DNA from: Scyliorhinus canicula
Lineage: Eukaryota
Direction of reading: 5' to 3'
Length of the DNA: 64,000 bases
NCBI RefSeq assembly: GCF_902713615.1
Contig: NC_052171.1
Coordinates: 19,193,952 to 19,257,951, forward strand
In this document: one piece after another, positions 54,208 through 64,000 of the stretch
Layout: each line of letters begins with the position of its first letter
Position numbering within the stretch: position 1 is the first letter of the stretch
Program-made: the position numbers and the translations under genes
The notes under the pieces: model-generated
The model's input: only the letters and a program-made list of their open reading frames with translations
What the model was told of the DNA's origin: nothing
Databases searched by the model: none

Positions 54208-55649
54208 ACCTAGAATGTCCTGGGTCCTTGTCCTTTTAGAATTGGAGATGGAAGCTTGCGACAATGTTGGGGGGGAGTTCTGCCCTCTCCCTCCCCTCAT
54301 TGTACCTCCTCACCTGCAGTGGCCCTAGCTCCGCCCCAAACATCTTATAAAACTCTCCGGGCAACCCATCTGGACCTGGGGCCTTCCCCGCCTGCATCGC
54401 CCCCTACGTTCCCTCGGCCCAATCGGGGCCCCAGGTCCTGAACCCGCCCCTCCTCAACCTTGTCCAACCCATCCAGCCACATCCCCTCTTAACCCCATCA
54501 GGGGCTCCGACTCATCGAGCCTCCTATAAAAGGCCATTCACCCCCCTCCGGGTCCATCACCACCTTACCCTTCTTGTCCCTCACTCCACCAATCTCCGTC
54601 GCTGTTGATTGCTGATGGACCAGCATCCGACTCGCCTTCTCCCCGGGCTGGTATACTGCCCGCCTGGCCCTCCGCAGCTGCCCCACCACCTTCCCCGGAA
54701 GACACGAACCCAAACTCCCATCTGGGGCTTTTGCCTCTCCCTTAACAACCCTGCCTTCGGCACTATCTCCCATCCACCCTCCACATCCTGTTGACCAGCC
54801 TCGCCCTCTCCTCCCTCCCTCTGTGCCCGAATCAAAATGTGGCGCCAAGTGAACAGCGATGGCTCTCCGTTAACCTCTGCTTCTGCCTCAATCGCGTCCG
54901 TACGCCCTTGCCATTTCATTCACTCCGGCTAAGTCAAGCACAAAGCGAAGGAGAATCAGTGCATTTTACTGGCTGGTTTTCAAAGTGCCCCTTCGGTGAA
55001 TTAATCAAATGTTTCACCCAAATGTCTTCATTGACTAGCGAGCAAAGGACACCACAAGTATACAATCAAACCGGGTTTAACCGAAGGACAATCTCCATAC
55101 AGATGTCTGTCTTTTGGCCAACGAGGCCTCTGTAGGAAGTCCCAACTCCCAGTGGATTGTTGGAGGATGCCCGCTTGACAGGACACTGGGACCCGACCCC
55201 AGGTGTCCATCTCCGGTGGAGTTGCTCGCACGTAACCTGTTGCCGTATCAGGTAACGGCGGGAACTCTTGGCGCCCAAAGGCCTGGCTCGACCTGCGCAA
55301 CCCAAAGTAAATGAGTGCTGATCAATAGAACCGATTATCTCCTGATACGTGATTGACCCGGCGGGTCCAGACGTGTCCTGAGTGTATTTGACTTTGGTCA
55401 AGTCCGAATTCCCTTTGACTGCAGCTTGATTTAAAGTGGCCAGTTTTGAATTTAAGATGTCCGATTTTATCGGGCCTAAAATCCAGGCCTTGCTAGTTTA
55501 CCACACATATCGGCTGAGTGTAACGAAGGACCAGTTGTAGTGTCAGTCCGTCAGGCCTCTGCATGTGCTGAGGAATGTCCCCTTCGAACGAATATCGGAG
55601 TGATTTAAAAATTGTTGTTGTTTTGGGGCAAATGTAAAATTCGTAGACA

Positions 55650-55820
55650 GACATCAGGTGAACGTGCGGAGTGTTGTGCTACTCGGCAGAGAATGTGCGT
55701 GGAGAGATCAGTTCTGACCCGAAGAGGGTCATTCAGGAATCTGGTAACGGCGGGGAAGAAGCTGGTTTCGAACCTGTTGGTGCGTGTTCTCAGAATTTTA
55801 TATGACCTGTCCGATGGTTT
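55650..55820 (-). mobile_element. Rex1/Babar 3' fragment
   Basis: Reverse-complement similarity to 24040-24200. Confidence 0.65.
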
Positions 55821-56333
55821 GGGGGGGGGGTTATATTAAAATGTACCAATTAGCCTCTCGCCTTAGGTTCACAAGAAGATTGGGTCAGAGAACCCGCTAT
55901 TTGGTTCATTGAAACAGGCCAGTCTGCATAGTCCTTACAGGTCCTGTTGTTTTACAGAGATGGGCTTCTTTAAGGTGTGTGAGAATCCTTCACTTATCGA
56001 TGCTCTGAGAGAGTGGAGGGTGGTCTGAATCAGCTCGAAGACCAAAAGTAACGTCCACTCTCTCCCCTTCTGGGAAAGCCGCATTTGCCACCAGGTGTAC
56101 GGACCATGGATTTGATAACGAGTGGGCTGGGAGTCACATCCAGTGCTGCTTCCTTATCATCACTTGAGCAGCTACATACACCAGTGATTTGATATCCCGA
56201 GATGCTATTTTTTTTAAGGAAATTGTTGCATGTATTGTTAAATTTGTCGCAATAATATTTTTTATAAATACTGGTTTAACATTCAGGTGTCTGCATAAGA
56301 TGCAATTAGTGGGATAATCATTGATAATAACCG

Positions 56334-57833
56334 TGTTCCGACACCCTGGGCTCGGGCACAGTCAATTCCAGTCCCACGCGCCCCAGAGGCAGAACACCAG
56401 TGAATTAACCAACGTCTTTGGCCCCTGACTGCCCAATAATCACAGTCACCAGGTTTGTTAGTGTAAACACAATTACTGTTTATTTGCAGCAAGAACAAAT
56501 ATGAGACGCGCAGTAGATACAGCTGCTTGACGACGGGCTAATACCTGACTCCCACTTTAACTGCCCCACCCTCCACCCACACATACACAAGACAGACCAA
56601 CACAGAGGGGTGGAAAGGGGTAAAAAATAACTAGGTCAAAAGATAAGAGATCTTGTTTCAGGTAATGAGTTCTTCAGTGCACTCTCTTCACAGTACGAGT
56701 GTGGATTAAAGTCTCTGGTCTTCAGCCTGTAATGGACTTCCCTTGCAGTCAGCAATGTCTTTCTTGCAACTTTTGCAGCAGTAGCCCCCTGGCTTCACGT
56801 CATCCTGCAGAGAGAGAGTTATCAGATTCTGGATTCTGCAGAGTGAGTTGGGTTCCCTAGTGGCTTTTTGGTTGAGGATTTTCTGATCATTTCCGGGGAG
56901 AACAGAATGGCAAAAAAAAGAGAGGTTTTCTCCCTGAGCTGTCAAAGTGACACTAAAAGCTCTGTAGGTCGCTGAACCATTTTAGTGGCAACGGGTCCAG
57001 TTACTACCTGTTACGATTGTTATGGGCCAGGGTTTAGAGAACCCCAAAGTGTATCATGGAGTTCACCTGACCCACAACTTGCAATAGCTTGTGGTATGGG
57101 GAGCACACGGCCCACTCTACAGGTGTGGTACAGCAGAAATGGAAAAGTAGTTTTGAAAACAATACAATGTTTATTCTATGAACTCAAGTTAACCTTTCTC
57201 CAACAAACTGAACATCTTCGCAACCAGGAAATCAAATACACCCCCCCCCCCCCAAAGAATACAACACTAAGTAATCTGTATGCTGTCCCAGAAGGCTTAA
57301 CAAACCTTTAAACAGAAGCACATCAGGGTTTACATTCAATACTGAAAACATTTTAAATTCTGAATTCACCAAATGATTAAGAGATGGTCCTTCATGGCAG
57401 AGAGCTCAACAGTACAGCTGCTCTGTCTGACTTCAGCTGCAACACACTGAAAAACGAAACCAAAAAGACAGAGACACAGCCAAGCTTTTCTCAAAGTGAA
57501 ACTAAAAAGCAGAACCAGAGCTCAGCTCCACCCACACTCTGACATCACTGCAGTAACATGAGCAGCCAGACATTTCTTAAAGCGACATTCTCATGACACG
57601 GTGCAGAGCACCACCCTTTAGGCCAATTCATTGGTTACCAGTCAAATCATTCAAACTGAGTCATCACTGATCTCTCCTGTCACTGATATCCTCTGCTTGC
57701 ACAGGCCAGAGCTTCCTTCTGCCTGAATTAAACTGGCAACCAAACTTAAAGGAACATGTCCATAAATCATCCATGGATCAAAAATGTAACGGCAAAAATA
57801 AAAGTAAGGGGATAAAAAGGAAGGACCCGTTCA
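56334..57833 (-). mobile_element. Possible older solo LTR hosting the 57018-57598 element
   Basis: TG...CA ends with ACCG/ACCA flanks; AATAAA on the - strand near 56480. Confidence 0.4.
57018..57598 (-). mobile_element. Solo LTR
   Basis: TGTTATG...CATGACA termini, 4-bp flanks CGAT/CGGT, AATAAA on the - strand. Confidence 0.65.
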
Positions 57834-57934
57834 ACCATTTAATGCTTAGGGCTAATGGACTTTTGTTTGTAGAAAGTAGGTTCCCTGGGGTTTAGATAAT
57901 TGAGGGGTTGTGTTTAGCCTTAGTAAGAGAGTCA

Positions 57935-58105
57935 TAATAATAATCACTTATTGTCACAAGTAGGCTTCAATGAAGATACTGTGAAAAGCCTCTGGCCACA
58001 TTCCGGCGCCTGTTCAGGGAGGCCGGTACGGGAATTGAACCCGCGCTGCTGGCATTGTTCTGTATTACAAGCCAGCTGTTCAGCCCACTGTGCAAAACCA
58101 TCCCC
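57935..58105 (-). mobile_element. Second SINE family copy
   Basis: Reverse-complement similarity to 61628-61806. Confidence 0.75.
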
Positions 58106-58568
58106 TATACCACAGTTAGTGGAACAGAGATGATGTAATTAATTGGAGGAGCCAGGTCTGTCGCAAGAAGTTCAGCTTTTAGTTTACCAAAGGCAGAAAG
58201 ACTCGCAGCTTGAGTCTGAATGGGTCTCTCTCCTTTGCTGAAAGCAACTCGCTATGCAGAGGACAGCAAGTATCCCTGTGATTGCTAACTTTATTTACAA
58301 GTGGCTTTTGACCTGTGATGGGCTTTATTGGATTGGAGATAGAGGAGGTATCAGTTAGAAGTTAAAGTGTTTCCTTTTATTCTCAAGGATATTTAAACTG
58401 TGAATTGTAAGCTATTTTCTGAGATTTGACAGTGGAGAGTGGTGTCCTTTCCTCACAGCTGACTAAGTGCAAAATAGTGGGGATTTCTAGTCCAGTTTCC
58501 CAACGTACATTGAGGTCTGGTCCAGTGTCCTAACAAGTTTAATGACAACCTGTAATTGTAGAGAGTGA

Positions 58569-58915
58569 CATAGAACACAGAACAGTACAGCACAGAACAG
58601 GTCCTTCAGCCCTCGATGTTGTGCCGAGTAATGATCACCCTACTCAAATCCACGTATCCAACCTATACCCGTAACCCAACAAACCCCCCCCCCCGCCCCT
58701 AACCTTACTTTTTAGGACACTACGGGCAATTTAGCATGGCCACCTAACCCGCACATCTTTGGACTGTGGGAGGAAACCGGAGCACCCGGAGGAAACCCAC
58801 GCACACAGGGGGAGGACGTGCAGACTCCACACAGACAGTGACCCAGCCGGGAACCGAACCCGGGACCCTGGAGCTGTGAAGCATTTATGCTAACCACCAT
58901 GCTACCGTGCTGACC
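58569..58915 (-). mobile_element. HE1-type V-SINE
   Basis: Near-identical family copy, reverse strand. Confidence 0.9.
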
Positions 58916-58927
58916 TCAGAATGCAGG

Positions 58928-59124
58928 GTAAGAAATCTTACAACACCAGGTTAAAGTCCAACAGGTTTGTTTCAAATCACTAGCTTTCGGAGCGCTGCTC
59001 CTTCATCAGGTGAATCTGCGCTCCGACAGCTAGTGATTCGAATCAAACCTGTTGGGACTTTAACCTGGTGTGGTAAGACTTCTTACTGTGCTCACCCCAG
59101 TCCAACGCCGGCATCTGCACATTA
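58928..59124. mobile_element. Palindromic Penelope-type remnant, family A
   Basis: Same arms as 22123-22322 with a different inversion point. Confidence 0.7.
58977..59013 (-). ncRNA. Minimal type-I hammerhead ribozyme motif (CUGAUGA core)
   Basis: UCAC-CUGAUGA-A-GGAGC agc GCUCC-GAAA-GC-UA-GUGA. Confidence 0.7.
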
Positions 59125-60365
59125 ACAATGCATGGAAACAAACAGGACTGTTTACCTTTGATGTAAAGTCAACTTTTGAACTTGTAACTCACATTTTCTG
59201 AATAATGTATACTTTTGGGTTAAATATAAATTTCGGAAGAACGTGAGTGGTTCTTGTTGAAACATATATTCCATTCTGTTATATATTCTCTGGCCACAGG
59301 ATGGCAGCAGATGATCATGAACACAGTCCCTCATCAGGCGGGATCTGCTCAGACCTGTCTGGGCAGAGTTGAGCACAGAGGCTTGATTGGAGGATGAACC
59401 AATGCCGTTCTACCACTGTTTCAATGTGCATTTTCCCTCCAGTGGCTGACAGGCTTCGTCACCAGTCGATGCTGATGGCCTTGCCTGTGAGTGTCAATGG
59501 GGCTAGGCTGATCAGCTGTGGGTAGCTTCACCCTACATCCACCCAGATGCCGAGGTGGAGGGGGGGGGGAACCAGAACCCGGGGGCCTGGCCTCACAATA
59601 AGGGGGAGCAGATTTAGGACAAGAGTTCACGAGGTACCTCTTCACCCAAAGGGGTTGTGAACCTGTGGAATTCCCTGCCCAGTGAAGCAGTTGAGGCTGG
59701 CATAGATAGGTAGATTTTTGAGCAGTAAAGGAATTAAGGTGAGCGGGCGGATGTGGAGCTGAGTCCACAAAAGATCAGCCATTGAATGGCGGAGCAGGCT
59801 GGAGGGGCCAGATGGCCTACTCCTGCTCCTAGCCCTTATGATAGCTTACCATCCAGGGCTACGGAGGATAATTGTGACTCACCCCTCCCCTCCTCACCAT
59901 CCCCCTCCCTCCCACACCACCTCCAGCCAGTGGCTGCGGACCAGGCGGAGAGAATAGGCCACAGACTGAAACTAATCCAGGGAGACAGTCAGGCTGCAAG
60001 TTCAGACAGTGCTCCCGGGCAGATACAGCGTAATGCCCCGCTCGTGCAGGAGGTGAGTGGAAAAATGTCTGTTTGGACTCCTTCCAACTGTGCCAAAGGG
60101 CGCTCGAGGAAGGGAGACTGCAAGTTTAGAAAACATTGCTGTGTTGGTCGACAAGAGCCAGGGAAAGTAGCGGTACCATGGCAACGCCGTGACCTCCGAA
60201 GCCTTTCCTCCCTCGGTCACACCCCATCACGCCGGCCGCTCCTTCACTGTGGCTGGGTCAGAGCCCTGGAGATGACCTCCGCGGATGACCAGCACCTGGG
60301 GTCAACTGCAGTCGTCCAGACAGGAAGGTCACCCGGGCTGTCCAGAGGAACGGACAAAAGCATTG

Positions 60366-60446
60366 GGCTTTGAGAAAGAGTCATTGGACTCGAAACATTC
60401 GCTCTTTTCTCTCCCTACGGATGCTGCCAGACCTGCTGAGATTGTC
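60366..60446 (+). mobile_element. Degenerate family B remnant
   Basis: GAGTCattgGACTCGAAACATT...GATGCTGCCAGACCTGCTGAG similarity to 31620-31703. Confidence 0.55.
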
Positions 60447-60657
60447 TCTTCTGGTCAGAGAGGAGCGAAGCGTGCCTCCTGCTGCCCACGCCAGGTAGCC
60501 AGAGAGGTCACCACCAAGGCACATGGCCAGAAACCCAACAATGCTGCGTCCCCAGTTTGATTTATCTAACCAGGGTGTGCTGCCTGAGTCACAGAGCCAA
60601 CTGACCTGGGCTCCTGAATACAAACCTCTGTCACTCACCATTAAAATGTGGGCGTGA

Positions 60658-60870
60658 GGGCAGCAGTGGCTAGCACTGGGACTGCGGCGCTGAGGACCTG
60701 GGTTCGAATCCCGGCTCTGGGTCACTGTCCGTGTGGAGTTTGCACATTCTCCCCGTGTCTGCGCGGGTTTCACCCCCCACAACCCAAGATGTGCAGGGGA
60801 GGTGGATTGGCCGCGCTAAATTGCCCCTTAATTGGGGAAAAATAAGTGCGTACTTAATTGGGGGAATTTA
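60658..60870 (+). mobile_element. Short V-SINE variant
   Basis: Similar to 6523-6740. Confidence 0.8.
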
Positions 60871-60899
60871 TTGACTCAAACTTTATTAATATAGTCAAG

Positions 60900-61248
60900 G
60901 GGCAGCACGGTAGCATGGTGGTTAGCATAAATGCTTCACAGCTCCAAGGTCCCAGGTTCGATTCCCGGCTGGGTCACTGTCTGTGCGGAGTCTGCACGTC
61001 CTCCCCCTGTGTGCGTGGGTTTCCTCCGGGTGCTCCGGTTTCCTCCCACAGTCCAAAGATGCGCGGGTTAGGTGGATTGGCCATGCTAAATTGCCCGTAG
61101 TGTCCTAAAAAAAGTAAGGTTAAGGGGGAGGGGGTTGTTGGGTTACGGGTATAGGGTGGATACGTGGGTTTGAGTAGGGTGATCATGGCTCGGCACAACA
61201 TCGAGGGCCGAAGGGCCTGTTCTGTGCTGTACTGTTCTATGTTCTATG
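60900..61248 (+). mobile_element. HE1-type V-SINE
   Basis: Near-identical family copy. Confidence 0.9.
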
Positions 61249-61627
61249 TAATATGACGTGGAGCTGTCTCCATGCTTGCCTGTACACACATCTCTGTCCG
61301 CCCGGGACTGGGCCAGGTGCTCTCTCTCACATCATTGTGTGGGCGATACTGCACTCAGTCCCTCATTTGTTTTTAGAAAATATTTTATTGAGGCATTTAA
61401 AATTTATATGAAAAGAAAATGTGGGTGTGGGTGGACAGTTTTACTGGGGATGGCAGACTTGTATATTCTTGAAAGAGTTGGTTACTGCTGTTTGGTGGGT
61501 TGGGCAGGGTGGATGGGTGGGGGTGGGGGGGTAGTTAATATTGTGGTGGGGGCAATTATTCCTGTTATTGTTTGGTTTTTTTATTGCCAACTTTGTATAA
61601 AAATTGTTAACATTTCAATAATGTTAT

Positions 61628-61806
61628 GGGGCTGGTTTAGCTCACTGGGCTAAATCGCTGGCTTTTAAAGCAGACCAAGCAGGCCAGCAGCATGGTTCGA
61701 TTCCCGTACCAGCCTCCCCGGACAGGCGCCGGAATGTGGCGACTAGGGGCTTTTCACAGTAACTTCATTGAAGCCTACTCGTGACAATAAGCGATTTTCA
61801 TTTTCA
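61628..61806 (+). mobile_element. Second tRNA-derived SINE family (~180 bp, no V-domain)
   Basis: TAGCTCACTGG A-box-like, GGTTCGATTCC B-box at 61694-704, tail GTGACAATAA plus (TTTTCA)n; 4 more copies in the window. Confidence 0.8.
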
Positions 61807-62534
61807 ATAAAAATATTTCCCCCCCCCCGCAGAAAAAATGGGTTTGTCTTATTGTCGGGATACGCAATCAGAAAGCTCCTCGTTCTATTTTCCGTAGAGA
61901 TCGGGCATTTATCCCAATTCTTATCGGATTCTCTCTCTCTGTTTTTTCCCCCCTCCTCTCCTGAAGGTGCTCGCCGTTGATCAGACTCTTTATCGGTTCC
62001 GATCAGGGTTGCTGGGAGTTTGGTTTTTGCTCGCGAAAGAGAAGCAGAAGGTAAACGGAGAAGGATGAGGGTCACACTGGGGTGGGGGGGGGGATTATGG
62101 GGGGGTAGAATTCTGATCTTTGTCACTCTCAACGGCGCCATGTTGGTACAGCAAACCGCCACCAGAGACATAACGCAGAAGGCCCTTTTCACTTTCACCA
62201 ATTGAACATCAATGATCCTCCCAAACCTTTCCATCAAACTCCACCGCCCCCTCCTCCCCATGCTGCCATGTCGTTGTTCGACGCAATGGCTAGATAATGA
62301 GGCCTGTCCTCGACTGCCACACTGCACTAGAAATGCTCTCCCAGCAAGTCCACTTTACTCATCTCCCGCGACTGCTCACTGTCCTACGTGGGCTCCCATA
62401 GGCACGTAGGACTGAGGGTCAGGGGTCAGGCCCCTCCAACCTGCTCCGCTATTCGATTAGGTCATGGCCATTCTAATTCCGGAATCAACCTGGCTTTCCC
62501 TGTCTGCCCACCACACCTCTCAGCCCCCTTGTCT

Positions 62535-62930
62535 ATTCCAGTGATACAACGCCTGGATTTTAGAAAAATCTCATTCTAGTTTAGAAGTCCCTCCATGGGC
62601 CTATATCCCCCCCCCCCCCCACCCTCCGCTCCACCTTTCTGTCATCTCCTCCAGCCCCACACCCCTTCCTCTGATTCCTGTTCTCCCCCCCCCCCCCACT
62701 CCCCGATCACCACTGATCTGAACCTCTCCAGCATCGATGGCAGTGTCTTCTGCTCCCTCCCTCCACCTCTCCACCTCTCTCTATCCTCCAATAACATGCT
62801 CCTTAAAATCTCCCCCTTTTGCCAAGCTTTTGGTCACCTGTCGTAATATCTCCCAAAGTGCCTGGGAGTTATACTTTGTTTAACAATGCTCTGGAATGTG
62901 GAGTTCTTCATGTTAAAGGTGTGAAATAAA
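62535..62930 (+). mobile_element. Degenerate L2-like LINE 3' end; related relic at ~27950-28165
   Basis: Pyrimidine-rich decayed ORF end and tail resembling L2; family assigned from recall. Confidence 0.4.
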
Positions 62931-63059
62931 TAATAGTGGCGGCCTCCGTTGCAAGAGGACTCAGGTACAAGAGCAAGGAGAGGCCTACTTGCCGCCCCAC
63001 AGTCCAGTTTGCAGAATGGGCGGCCCCTGTCATCCCTGTGATAAAGACTGCCCGCCATC

Positions 63060-64000
63060 TGTTACATTGGTACATTGGTACAATGTTATAATGATACAAT
63101 GTTACATTGTTACAGTGTTACAATGGTACATTGGACCAATGTTGCAATGTAACAATGATACATTGGTACAATTTTACATTGGTACAATGGGACAACGTTA
63201 CAATGTTACAATGATACATTGGACCAATGTTACAAAGGTACATTGGTACATTGGCACAAAGGTACAATGGTACATTGGACCAATGTTACAATGTAACAAT
63301 GATACATTGGCACAATGGTACAATGTTACAATGGTACAATGGTACATTGGACCAATGTTACAAAGGTACATTGGTACATTGGCACAAAGGCACAATGTTA
63401 CAATGGTACAATGGTACATTGGTACAATGGTACAATGGTACAATGGTACATTGGTACAATGGCACAATGGTACAATGTTACAATGGTACAATGGTACATC
63501 GGACCAATGTTACAAAGGTACAATGGTACATTGGTACAATGGTACAATGGTACAATGGTACAATGGTACATTGGTACAATGGCACAATGGTAAAATGGTA
63601 CAATGGCACAATGTTACAATGGTACATTGGACTGATGTTACAATGGTAGAATGGTACATTGGTACAATGGCACAATGGTACAATGTTACAATGTTACAAT
63701 GGTACATTGGATTGATGTTACAATGGTAGAATGGTACATTGGCACAATGGTACAATGGCACAATGGTACAATGGTACATTGGTACAATGGCACAATGTTA
63801 TAATGTTACAATGTCACAATGTTACACTGTTACAATGGTACAATGGTACATTTGTACAATGGCACAATGGCACAATGTTACACTGTTACAATGGTACATG
63901 TGTACAATGGCACAATGGTACATTGGTACAATGTTACAATGGCACAATGTTACAATGGTCCAATGATACAATGTTACAATGTTACAATATTCAATGTTAC
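63060..64000. repeat. 8-bp-unit satellite (GGTACAAT/GGTACATT/GTTACAAT/GGCACAAT)n running off the window end
   Basis: Directly visible octamer periodicity. Confidence 0.95.

Larger units (their letters stand above)
52320..54920 (-). mobile_element. Decayed L1-clade ORF2 fragment with nested insertions
   Basis: RT motifs NIDAK, DQAGFVKGRQ, AMDAE..DR.EW, GCPLSP. Confidence 0.8.

Noticed and set aside
62989-63966. Repetitive W/Y-rich ORFs
   Set aside because: Products of an 8-bp satellite
52300-64000. TMEM230 or other coding exons downstream of PCNA
   Set aside because: No recognisable coding sequence found; the ORFs here map to TEs or low-complexity DNA

Overview
Vertebrate genomic DNA, very probably an elasmobranch (shark), judged from HE1-type V-SINEs and their partner CR1 LINEs. 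It holds two complete, intact, head-to-head genes. CDS2 is on the - strand (13 coding exons, ATG 41976 to TAG 11802, 434 aa, probable ~4.9 kb 3'UTR). PCNA is on the + strand (6 coding exons, ATG 44766 to TAA 52001, 261 aa). A CpG-rich region at ~41.9-42.3 kb lies between them. Bases 1-6422 are an indel-rich copy of 12080-18514 ending at a 100-N gap, most likely a false duplication in the assembly. The rest is dense with transposable elements: a near full-length decayed CR1, CR1/Rex1/L1/L2 fragments, about 20 V-SINE copies, a second tRNA-SINE family, a hAT MITE, solo LTRs and minisatellites. The most notable unannotated signals are two families of short palindromic Penelope-type elements carrying minimal type-I hammerhead ribozyme motifs (some inside CDS2 introns) and a tight CRE/E2F/CHR cluster inside PCNA intron 1. 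All coordinates were read by eye. TE boundaries are approximate and TE family names come from recall, not from a search.
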